DNA of 28,173 bases from Candidatus Auribacterota bacterium (GCA_023136205.1 JAGLRQ010000077.1:1-28173); one strand, 5' to 3'; counted from the stretch's first letter, positions 1 to 7,416 are shown. Translations and numbers: made by a program. Notes: a model not told the origin generated them from the letters alone.

Positions 1-83
1 AATAGTCGCTGTCCCTATTTTTTCTTACTATTTTTTCTTATTTTTTCTATTTTTTTTACTATTTTTATTTTTTTTATTTTTTT
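1..83 (-). repeat. A/T-rich short-tandem-repeat block with a GGGACAG-containing terminus (sister copy at 7837-7890)
   Basis: Read directly: 1-23 AATAGTCGCTGTCCCTATTTTTT parallels 7837-7859 AATAGGTGTCTGTCCCTATTTTTT. Both continue with CTATTTTTTC-type short repeats. The block ends at ~83, where metallophosphoesterase-like coding sequence begins. Confidence 0.6.
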
Positions 84-212
84 CCGGTAATTAGGCAGGG
101 CTTTTGTCTGCTTACCCAAGTCTTCCAGAAATGCCTTCATGATACTGGATGCACCTTCGGGAGCGTCTTTGCGATAGTGAATGTCTGCCACATGAATAAA
201 TGCGTAGTTCAT
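15..212 (-). pseudogene. 5' fragment of a metallophosphoesterase (calcineurin-like) gene, truncated near nt 84 by the A/T repeat block
   Basis: N-terminus MNYAFIHVADIHY fits metallophosphoesterase motif I (hydrophobic strand followed by D-x-H). Only ~43 authentic codons remain (to ...ALPNYR). The ORF then reads through the repeat as a Lys-rich tail (KKIKKIKIVKK...). Confidence 0.5.
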
Positions 213-335
213 ATATTTTTATTCCTCCTCTGCCTGTCTTCAATAGTCTGCGGTTCTCATTGCTGGCGAGCCGTACAGGCCATCAATGGCCAATGGTTTT
301 ATGCTGGAAGAAAAAGGGGACATCCCCATTCTTTC

Positions 336-689
336 CTACCCATGATGATTTTGCAACCGATAAAGCCCAATGTTTGGGTTACCTGGTGTAATTTTAATTT
401 CACTATTCAACGTTATATTCAGAGAAGATGTTTCAAGAAATGCTATTTCAATATCACGGATCATCTCGGCAGCATCAGATACAACATTGGCAGCGGCATA
501 ATAATTGCCTGCACCTAAACCTGGAGTGCCACGCTCTTCAATAAGTCGGTTCCTTGTTTCTGATGGCAGTTTTTCTAGAATTTGATAGGCTGTTAAATAG
601 GATCGACCACGTTCTCTGGAATCGACACGCATGTCTTCCAGAACACTTGTAACTGCTTCAATAATATCTCTTGGCATAAGGTTAGACAT
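336..689 (-). CDS. hypothetical protein (117 aa)
   Basis: ORF with ATG at 689 preceded by GAGGAAAAAA (SD-like). No family recognised by eye. Confidence 0.6.
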   Translation of the reverse strand: MSNLMPRDIIEAVTSVLEDMRVDSRERGRSYLTAYQILEKLPSETRNRLIEERGTPGLGAGNYYAAANVVSDAAEMIRDIEIAFLETSSLNITLNSEIKITPGNPNIGLYRLQNHHG

Positions 690-779
690 TTTTTTCCTCG
701 TTTCTTTTGAAATTGTCTCTCATGTTTTTTATTCTTGAACACACAATGCTTAATATTTAAGGTATGATCCAATTCTCAT

Positions 780-2069
780 CTATTTTCCCATTACTTTTAA
801 CCACTTCCTCCAACTTTGTTCAAGATTTTTGTATACATCCTTTAATGTTTTTATCTGATCACTGATACTTTTATCTTTGTGTTCTATTATTTCAAGAACT
901 CCTCCAGTAGGCTCGAGTTTAAGTATTGTTATACTTTCAGATTTCTCAAGTAATTGGATATAATCTAATTCAGCAGTTACATTTTCAAGCTGTTCGCATA
1001 ATTTGATTAGTTTTTTCAGTTTCTTCATTCTAGGAAGGCATGCAAACCATCCAATAAAGGCATAAGCATTTATATCATCCATAACAGGTCTTATGTATCT
1101 GTCAAATAAAGCCCATCCATCTCTATTTTCATCTTTGTCTATTAGAAAGGGATATTTTTCCTTTTGTTTGGGAAGATTTTTTGATCCATAAGTGTTAGTT
1201 AGAATATCTATTATTACCCCTAATGAATATCTGTATCTATTTCGTAGCATTCCAACATATTTTTTTTTCGACATCTTCTTATCAATGATTTTTATTGTAG
1301 CATCCTCAATTTTCTTAAGCCTATATCCGGCAATAGATTCAAAAAACTGCCAGTAAATTAGCCCTGTCCCAACAAATAAAGCGACAAAAAGGCCAATCAT
1401 CAAATTATTTATATTATTGCTTAAGATAGAAGAAGTGTATTTATTCACTAAAAATATTAGACAAGTAAAAACTAAAAAAGCACACGCAATTAAAACTGCC
1501 AATTTGAATATGCTTTGGGTTTTTTCTCTTTTTGAAAATAAACCTAATATCGAACCAATACAACCACATAAAATACTTAGCATTAAGAAAAATATTCCCC
1601 AACGTTGTAATTTTCTAATACGATAATCTGAAACCCATCTCATAAAATCATTTTCTTTTGTTTGCAAATAATATTTATCATTCGAACCATAAACAAAAAT
1701 TAGATTTAAAATGTCCAAATATTGCCCGTCCATTAAAAAGATTGTTTGTTCTCTTCTGTTCGTGATTTTCTCAATTGCAATATCTTTTAAAGACGGTATA
1801 TTTATTCTCAGAATATCGCAAACCTCATCAAATGCGTTTTTAAATCCTTTGATGGATGATAATGTTTTTTCCCTTTGCCTACCATCAGGAGACGAGAGTT
1901 CTTTCTCAAAATTAGTCAGTTGATAAACACCTATAGATAGATTCTTAAAAACAGTTTCTTCACAAATTTTGTTCAGAAAGTTATTGTAAGGGGAAAAATT
2001 AATAACAGCGGCACAAATAGCAAAAATAGCAGAAAATACGAACAAAGTTATTATAAAGAGCTTTTTCAC
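780..2069 (-). CDS. hypothetical membrane protein, four predicted TM helices (429 aa)
   Basis: GTG start at 2069 preceded by AGAGGAAA. Hydrophobic helices: LFIITLFVFSAIFAICAAVINF, WGIFFLMLSILCGCIGSILGLF, IFKLAVLIACAFLVFTCLIFLV, LMIGLFVALFVGTGLIYWQFF. The soluble segments are unrecognised. Confidence 0.65.
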   Translation of the reverse strand: MKKLFIITLFVFSAIFAICAAVINFSPYNNFLNKICEETVFKNLSIGVYQLTNFEKELSSPDGRQREKTLSSIKGFKNAFDEVCDILRINIPSLKDIAIEKITNRREQTIFLMDGQYLDILNLIFVYGSNDKYYLQTKENDFMRWVSDYRIRKLQRWGIFFLMLSILCGCIGSILGLFSKREKTQSIFKLAVLIACAFLVFTCLIFLVNKYTSSILSNNINNLMIGLFVALFVGTGLIYWQFFESIAGYRLKKIEDATIKIIDKKMSKKKYVGMLRNRYRYSLGVIIDILTNTYGSKNLPKQKEKYPFLIDKDENRDGWALFDRYIRPVMDDINAYAFIGWFACLPRMKKLKKLIKLCEQLENVTAELDYIQLLEKSESITILKLEPTGGVLEIIEHKDKSISDQIKTLKDVYKNLEQSWRKWLKVMGK

Positions 2070-2309
2070 AAGATATTTCCTCTGTAGTATATCATTCTAA
2101 GATTCTGTTTCACCCGCGTTGCTTAAGCGTAACATCAATATTTTATTGCCACAAGCGTTTATTCAACATCCTGCACGCCTATGCTTTGTGTCAGGTCGGG
2201 GTGAAAGCACTTGCGTAAAAAATGAATTTTTTTGCTTTTAATATATAAAAAGGGGTTACTTTTTTCTACTAAACACGTTATATAGATTGTATCTCAGTTT
2301 TTAGTAATC

Positions 2310-2567
2310 TTAACTGGGTTTTGGAAATTCATTTCGTAGTTCATTCCGTTTTTTTTCATCCATTTTCGAATCAACCCAGATACATTTCCAAGATATTTCT
2401 TCCCCAGACCATCCCGATCTTTGATAAATATTTTTTACCCACGTTTCGACAGTATCTTGCGGAGATTCAATCTTTTCGCCATCTACGTTTCCAAAAAACT
2501 TATGCGTCCCCTCAACCCATCCTCTAGAAGTAAGGTGGTATTCAATTTCAAGGTCATCAACAGCCAT
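2310..2567 (-). CDS. hypothetical small protein (85 aa)
   Basis: ATG at 2567 preceded by GGGGAGG 5 nt upstream. Trp-rich and acidic. No family recognised. Confidence 0.55.
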   Translation of the reverse strand: MAVDDLEIEYHLTSRGWVEGTHKFFGNVDGEKIESPQDTVETWVKNIYQRSGWSGEEISWKCIWVDSKMDEKKRNELRNEFPKPS

Positions 2568-2683
2568 GTCAACCTCCCCTATTATAAAAAATCTAACGAA
2601 AAATCAAATGACCGGAGCAAGCTCCATTTTGCAACGGCCCAATGTATGTTGCTATCAATTCAATGAAACCCATGTCTCATCTT

Positions 2684-2708
2684 GTAAAAGGGGTCAGACC
2701 CCTTTTAC
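2684..2708. other. perfect hairpin GTAAAAGGGGT-CAG-ACCCCTTTTAC overlapping the stop codon of the 2694-3449 gene
   Basis: 11-bp perfect stem with a 3-nt loop. The minus-strand TGA stop (2694-2696) lies in the loop, and a T-run follows on the + strand. The core GGGGTCA(G/A)ACCCCTTTT recurs at 4194-4214. Confidence 0.6.
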
Positions 2709-3449
2709 GATTTTTTCCGTTGCTTCTCTGACTGAGTATTCCCAAATTGAATTGTTGGTAAATGGTGACCTGCTTGGGTGTTGTGGCCACATCACGATTT
2801 TTCCATGACGATATTTCCAGACCCGGTACACCAATCTCTTCTTTTCATATCCTTCAAACTGTATTTCTTCATCTGGTTTATTAAAGTTAATATTCCAATG
2901 ACCTGAGCTTGAAATCCAGTTGTTCACCTCCCTGTCTTTCAGAATTGTATTCAAACCTAACAAAATAATGAATCTTGGCTTTAGATAATCGACAGTTACC
3001 ATGGGTATCCATTCGGCGTACTTTTTCTCAATCACTCTGACTGTTGCTACACCAAATAATCCAACTCCAAAATTGAGATTGCCTGATATTGACATACATT
3101 CTTCAATGCTTAGATCACCACTGTGTTTTCGAATAATTGATTGGTATAGGTGTCTTGCTTTGTTCCAGAATCTCTTTGTGTCTTCGTAGTAGATTTTTTC
3201 GTGAGGGATGCCGCAGGTTGGCGCAGAATATGCAAGTTTGTTCAATACTGTATCTGTTCGATTCGGCGAGTTTCCTGGTGACGGTCCTATTGTCAGCACA
3301 AATGGGTTCACCGATGTCGGCATGCCAAATGGCCAGGGTTCCATTGGAGATGTGTTTGAGATTTCGCCTATTACTCTTTTACGTTCAGATTCAGAAATCT
3401 GCCTTGCAGAATTCAAGCGATCCCTTGGTATGCTACTCCATAGACTCAT
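2694..3449 (-). CDS. uracil-DNA-glycosylase-superfamily-like protein (251 aa; by-eye assignment)
   Basis: Strong SD (GGGGAGGG, 6 nt before ATG 3449). Motif-A-like FVLTIGPSPGNSP (res ~50-62; compare GQDPY / GINPG / GMNPGP / GEAPG of UDG families). Motif-B-like WPQHPSRSPF (res ~221-230; compare HPSPLS / HPSPRN). Spacing is ~170 aa, as in SMUG-type enzymes. Confidence 0.45.
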   Translation of the reverse strand: MSLWSSIPRDRLNSARQISESERKRVIGEISNTSPMEPWPFGMPTSVNPFVLTIGPSPGNSPNRTDTVLNKLAYSAPTCGIPHEKIYYEDTKRFWNKARHLYQSIIRKHSGDLSIEECMSISGNLNFGVGLFGVATVRVIEKKYAEWIPMVTVDYLKPRFIILLGLNTILKDREVNNWISSSGHWNINFNKPDEEIQFEGYEKKRLVYRVWKYRHGKIVMWPQHPSRSPFTNNSIWEYSVREATEKIVKGV

Positions 3450-3492
3450 ATTAAACCCTCCCCATCAGTTGCCTAATGTGGCAATGAGATAT

Positions 3493-3531
3493 CGTAAAAG
3501 ACCGTGAGCAAAGCGAGCGCAGCTTTTCACG
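3493..3531 (-). terminator. possible intrinsic terminator after the 3551-4174 gene
   Basis: Two-part stem CGTGA..AAAGC / GCTTT..TCACG (3503-3531), followed on the minus strand by GTCTTTTAC. The loop shares AGCGAGCGCAGC with the GGGACAGTCC repeat family. Confidence 0.35.
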
Positions 3532-3550
3532 ATCACCTTCGATTGCCTTG

Positions 3551-4174
3551 TTATATTTCGCACTCTGACCAAGCAATACCACCTGAATTCTTCCGATTCA
3601 TTACAACTCCACTTACGTAAATTCTAACGTTGGTGGTTACTTCATGGTGATTATAGTTATTGTTTGCCACATGCACTACAGCAGTACCAGCTGAAAGATT
3701 TTCCAGCTTGGGACCTAGGTGATTCCACCTGCCTCTCATGGTGTGAGTGGGGTTTACGAGTATATCATATGGAAGATCCCGACCGGCTTTAACTAACCCA
3801 TTTTTTGCAAAGCCATCTATCTCACCGCAGATAGCGAATGAAATCATTCGATTACAGATTCTGTGTGTCCGCTCTGGCCAAATATCTTGCAACCGGTCCA
3901 GATTCCTTGCTGTTGGTTTAGTGGCAAATATCTGGTTCGGCATCTTGATCTTCTGCATCGGTGATACCAACCATGGAACTAACCTGCCTTTTCCCGAACC
4001 CGTCTCTACAAATGCCAATACCCCAGACTTCAACACTTTTGAAACACGTATGTAGCTTGGATGGTTCTTGGCATTTCCAGGCAAGACAACGAGGTCGTGA
4101 TCACAGTTACCTAAGAAATGAAGAATTTCCTTTGAGGTCGAAGATTCCAGCGGTGAAATAGCACATATTCTCAT
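3551..4174 (-). CDS. hypothetical protein with weak carbon-nitrogen hydrolase (nitrilase-superfamily)-like features (207 aa)
   Basis: MRICAIS..., DLVVLPG, FAICGEIDGF and DILVNPTH resemble the strand order and Cys motif (hhICyD/E) of CN hydrolases. The Glu of the usual PE motif is not evident (LPG). Confidence 0.35.
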   Translation of the reverse strand: MRICAISPLESSTSKEILHFLGNCDHDLVVLPGNAKNHPSYIRVSKVLKSGVLAFVETGSGKGRLVPWLVSPMQKIKMPNQIFATKPTARNLDRLQDIWPERTHRICNRMISFAICGEIDGFAKNGLVKAGRDLPYDILVNPTHTMRGRWNHLGPKLENLSAGTAVVHVANNNYNHHEVTTNVRIYVSGVVMNRKNSGGIAWSECEI

Positions 4175-4193
4175 AGTAAAGTCTCATTAGGGT

Positions 4194-4214
4194 AAATGGG
4201 GTCAAACCCCTTTT
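4194..4214. other. hairpin AAATGGGGT-CAA-ACCCCTTTT, related to the 2684-2708 hairpin
   Basis: 9-bp stem with one T:T mismatch. Lies 20-40 nt upstream (minus-strand sense) of ATG 4174, with a T-run on the + strand. Confidence 0.5.
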
Positions 4215-4288
4215 CTCTTTATACTCAATTTTTGTGGAAGCACTTACTCCGTATCGGGGTTAAGTAAATTATTATATTGGATATCAAG

Positions 4289-4335
4289 AAAATCCCGGGG
4301 ACACAAGAAAAAATCCCGGGAAAATCCCGGGGACA
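4289..4335 (+). repeat. three closely spaced direct repeats AAAATCCCGGGG(ACA)
   Basis: AAAATCCCGGGGACA at 4289-4303 and 4321-4335, with a shortened AAAAAATCCCGGG at ~4309-4320. Each contains the CCCGGG palindrome, and the last runs into a GGGACAG core. Confidence 0.6.
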
Positions 4336-4407
4336 GAACACTTAATTATTTTTTTGTTCGGGCACCTTATTTTTCCTTCTCAAATTTCCGGCAATTATTT
4401 TGTAGTA

Positions 4408-4433
4408 TTAATTAGAACTATCCCCTTTTTCAC
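4408..4433 (+). repeat. junction module TTAATTAGAACTATCCCCTTTTTCAC (second copy at 15764-15787)
   Basis: Near-identical 24-26-nt match to the sequence immediately 3' of the MFS gene. Confidence 0.6.
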
Positions 4434-4452
4434 ATAACTCATTTTATAAAAA

Positions 4453-4495
4453 CATCTTAACATAAATCCAGCTCTTCTCCATCTTCTAAAATCTT
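4453..4495 (+). repeat. junction module CATCTTAACATAAATCCAGCTCTTCTCCATCTTCTAAAATCTT
   Basis: Also at 14459-14505 and 20771-20813, and diverged at 17028-17062. On the minus strand it encodes the spurious MEKSWIYVKM prefix seen on several track ORFs. Confidence 0.7.
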
Positions 4496-4569
4496 AACAT
4501 TTTAAGGAAACATAACAACAGACATCTCTTTTACTAAATTTCACCAACCCCACACCCCCAACATTCCTT

Positions 4570-4598
4570 TTGACCTGCCGGCACAATTGTTTCATAAT
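4570..4598 (+). promoter_or_regulatory. sigma70-like promoter TTGACC-17nt-CATAAT
   Basis: TTGACC at 4570-4575, CATAAT at 4593-4598, ~38 nt upstream of ATG 4636. Confidence 0.4.
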
Positions 4599-4635
4599 AT
4601 GCAAAATTCGCATTGTTTCGGAGACACAAGCAAGA

Positions 4636-4991
4636 ATGAGAAAGACCGAAAAAATAAAATATGAAATTGACCCGCATAACAGGATTATATTCACAAAAAC
4701 AGGAAGAAAATCAAAGCTTCCCAAATACAGAGGGAATGGAAGGTAAATAAAAGATTAGGTGTCCTGTTTGAAATGCCGCATGAAAAAGGAATCCTTCAGA
4801 GAATTGTCTTTGGAGCAAGCTGCAAGCTGGGCAAAAGTAGCACTGTTGAGTTTAAACTGAGAAATAAACAGGGAAAAGACCTGGGAATAGACATTAAGTT
4901 TTCCAAGAAAACACTAAAAGAGCAGGGGGGAATTTTCTTTCGTGCTGTCACATCAAAAAAAGAGAAGCAATTTTTAATCGGTGGTGGATAG
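4636..4991 (+). pseudogene. internally deleted, frameshifted paralogue of the 14759-15739 repeat-protein gene
   Basis: From ATG 4636, MRKTEKIKYEIDPHNRIIFTKTGRKSKLPKYR matches YEIDPHNRLVFTKTGKKSKLPKFR, then a stop at 4744-4746. A different frame encodes EWKVNKRLGVLFEMPHEKG...KEKQFLIGGG (to 4991), matching the last ~85 residues of the full-length protein. About 0.64 kb of the middle is missing. Confidence 0.75.
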
Positions 4992-5122
4992 AGGTGGTAG
5001 GAAAGAATGGAGAGCAACTATTTTTCTAAAAAGGCAATGGGGCCAGGCTCCCTTCTCTAACCATCCCCACTCTGTGAAAATTACAATACCTTCCCGGTCT
5101 TAAAAATTGTATGCTAAGCTAA

Positions 5123-5150
5123 TTGGAAATATGTTAACCTGAATTAATAT
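5123..5150 (+). promoter_or_regulatory. possible sigma70-like promoter TTGGAA-16nt-TAATAT
   Basis: TTGGAA at 5123-5128, TAATAT at 5145-5150, 25 nt upstream of ATG 5176. SD AAGGTG lies 8 nt upstream of the ATG. Confidence 0.3.
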
Positions 5151-5175
5151 GTAAACGAATTAAAAGGTGACTTAA

Positions 5176-7200
5176 ATGCAAATTGCCAAGAAGTATAAAA
5201 TAGAAGTTAAGAAAGACCACCTTTCAAAAATCGCATCAGGTAGTCCGGAGTTTGCATTGGCCGAGTTGATTTGGAATGCGCTAGATGCAGATGCCAACAA
5301 CATTGAGGTTTGTTTTCATGAAGGACCATTAGGTGTGGATGAAATACTTATTCGAGATAACGGTACCGGCATTGCTTATGATGAAGCCGAAAATCTATTT
5401 GTTTCTCTTGGAGGTTCATGGAAAGCCCAACAACAGAAAACAAAAAAGGGGCGCTTCCTGCATGGGAAAGATGGTGAAGGACGGTTTAAGGCATTCATTT
5501 TAGGTAGGATAGTAGATTGGAATATCATCTATAAAAAAGATAGCCAATTTTTGAGATATACAATTGAAGAGTGTTCCGATTCACTAGATGAATTTAGTTT
5601 AAGCGCTGAGGAAGGAATCATTAATAAACAAACCGGCGTTGAGGTACATATTACTGAGTTAAATAAGAAATTTCATGTGTTGAACAAAGAAAAAGCTATT
5701 GAAAAACTAACCCCAATATTTGCCTTATACTTGAGCAATTATCCATCCGTCAAACTAAGTATTGATGGAACACCAATCAACCCAGATGAGGTCATCCTCC
5801 ACAAGAATAGTTTTTCCTTAGATACTATCAAGGAAGATGGCTCTTTACACCAAGTAGAACTCGAAGTCGTTGAATGGTGTGAAATTAAAGAACGAGAGCT
5901 CTGGTTCTGTAATGCACATGGATTTCCTTTAGAGGTTTATAGTAAACAGATCCGAGGCATTGGCGAATTTGGATTTAGCGGTTATATAAAATCAACGTAT
6001 ATCCAGCACCTTCATTCCCACGGTTTGTTAACATTAGGGGAGTTAAATAAAAATCTAAACCAAGCATGTGAACAAGCTGTTAAGAAAATCAAAGATTATT
6101 TCATAAAAAGAACCCTTGAAAGCGCTCGAGATCAGCTGGAAAAGTGGAAAGAAGAAAAAGTATATCCTTATGTAACTGAACCAGCAACACCTGTTGAGGT
6201 AGCTGAAAGACAAGTATTCGATATCATCGCTATCAACATTAATCAAAGCCTCCCGGATTTTGAGCAGACTGAGAAGAAAACGAAAGCATTTCAATTACGA
6301 ATGCTTCGGCAAGCCGTAGAAAAAAGTCCAGAGGAACTACAGATAATAATAGGCGAAGTTTTACAACTTCCTAAGAAAAAACAAGAACAACTAGCTGAAT
6401 TACTTAAGGATACATCTCTATCCGGGATAATAAGTGCATCTAAACTTGTTACCGATCGACTTAAGTTTCTCTCCGGACTTGAACACATGTTATTTGATAA
6501 AGACGTTAAGAAGCATTTTAAAGAAAGAACCCAATTACATCGCATATTAGCTGATAATACATGGGTTTTTGGACATGCGTTCTCCTTGTCCGTTGATGAT
6601 AAGTCTCTTACCGAAGTCCTTCGCAAGCATATCAATTTATCAGGAAATAATTTACTTGTTGATGCCCCAGTTAAACGGCTTGATGAAAGCATTGGTATTG
6701 TTGATCTTATGTTGTCTCGATCCATTCCAAGAAACCATTCTAATGAACTCGAACATCTTGTAGTTGAGCTGAAAGCTCCGCGTATTAAAATAGGGCAAAA
6801 AGAAATAGAACAAATTAAGAGTTACGCTTTTGCAGCGGCTGGGGACGAGCGGTTTCAAGGCCTAAAGACACGTTGGCATTTTTGGGTAATATCAAATGAC
6901 ATTGATAATTATGCTGAAATAGAGCTAAGTCAGGAGAAGTATGAGGATGGTATCATTTTTAAAACTACAAAAAATATTGACCTAACAATATGGGTTAAGA
7001 CATGGTCACAGCTATTACAAGAGAATAAACACAGACTGGAATTTATTAAAGAAAAGCTAAATTACAACATAGACCGTGAGGATGCCCTTGCATATCTAAA
7101 GAAAACATATGAGGAATATACTCAAGGTCTTATTTTTCCACAAAAAGATGGGCAGAGTGCAGTAAATATTGACAAACAAAAAGAGACAGAAAAGCTTTAG
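5176..7200 (+). CDS. GHKL-superfamily ATPase (MORC / HATPase_c_3-like) with a C-terminal PD-(D/E)xK-type nuclease-like domain (674 aa)
   Basis: N-box ELIWNALDADA, G1 box ILIRDNGTGI and G2-like GKDGEGRFKAF near the N-terminus. The C-terminal region has LHRILADNTWVFGH ... GIVDLMLSR ... EHLVVELKAPRIKIGQKEIEQIKSYA (D...E-x-K arrangement). Confidence 0.65.
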   Translation: MQIAKKYKIEVKKDHLSKIASGSPEFALAELIWNALDADANNIEVCFHEGPLGVDEILIRDNGTGIAYDEAENLFVSLGGSWKAQQQKTKKGRFLHGKDGEGRFKAFILGRIVDWNIIYKKDSQFLRYTIEECSDSLDEFSLSAEEGIINKQTGVEVHITELNKKFHVLNKEKAIEKLTPIFALYLSNYPSVKLSIDGTPINPDEVILHKNSFSLDTIKEDGSLHQVELEVVEWCEIKERELWFCNAHGFPLEVYSKQIRGIGEFGFSGYIKSTYIQHLHSHGLLTLGELNKNLNQACEQAVKKIKDYFIKRTLESARDQLEKWKEEKVYPYVTEPATPVEVAERQVFDIIAININQSLPDFEQTEKKTKAFQLRMLRQAVEKSPEELQIIIGEVLQLPKKKQEQLAELLKDTSLSGIISASKLVTDRLKFLSGLEHMLFDKDVKKHFKERTQLHRILADNTWVFGHAFSLSVDDKSLTEVLRKHINLSGNNLLVDAPVKRLDESIGIVDLMLSRSIPRNHSNELEHLVVELKAPRIKIGQKEIEQIKSYAFAAAGDERFQGLKTRWHFWVISNDIDNYAEIELSQEKYEDGIIFKTTKNIDLTIWVKTWSQLLQENKHRLEFIKEKLNYNIDREDALAYLKKTYEEYTQGLIFPQKDGQSAVNIDKQKETEKL

Positions 7201-7215
7201 AGACACAACACCCAA

Positions 7216-7416
7216 TCACCCAAAAACCCCCTCCCTAACATAAACCTCACAAACATTATCCCTCAGTCTTATCTTGCGGATTTGAGATTTTGGCATCCAG
7301 ATTTTCTCCACATTTTCAACTAAAACAGCTTTTTCAGTTTCATGCAAGATACGGATCTGAACCCAGACATATCCGGGTTTTGAATATAACAACCTGTAAA
7401 TGCTAAATGGCCACAT
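7216..7416 (-). CDS. hypothetical small protein (66 aa)
   Basis: ATG at 7416 preceded by AAAGGAG 8 nt upstream. Sequence ...HETEKAVLVENVEKIWMPKSQI... . No family assigned. Confidence 0.55.
   Translation of the reverse strand: MWPFSIYRLLYSKPGYVWVQIRILHETEKAVLVENVEKIWMPKSQIRKIRLRDNVCEVYVREGVFG

Noticed and set aside
2105-2210. Long-range inverted repeat TTTCACCC ... GGGTGAAA enclosing ~85 nt between the 2310-2567 and 780-2069 genes (possible structured RNA)
   Set aside because: There is only one 8-bp helix, the interior has no convincing nested helices, and no second copy exists for comparison. The evidence is insufficient.
4494-4724. 76-aa minus-strand ORF
   Set aside because: It spans the promoter and 5' end of the + strand pseudogene and ends in the repeat module. 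It is hydrophobic junk-like sequence with no RBS.
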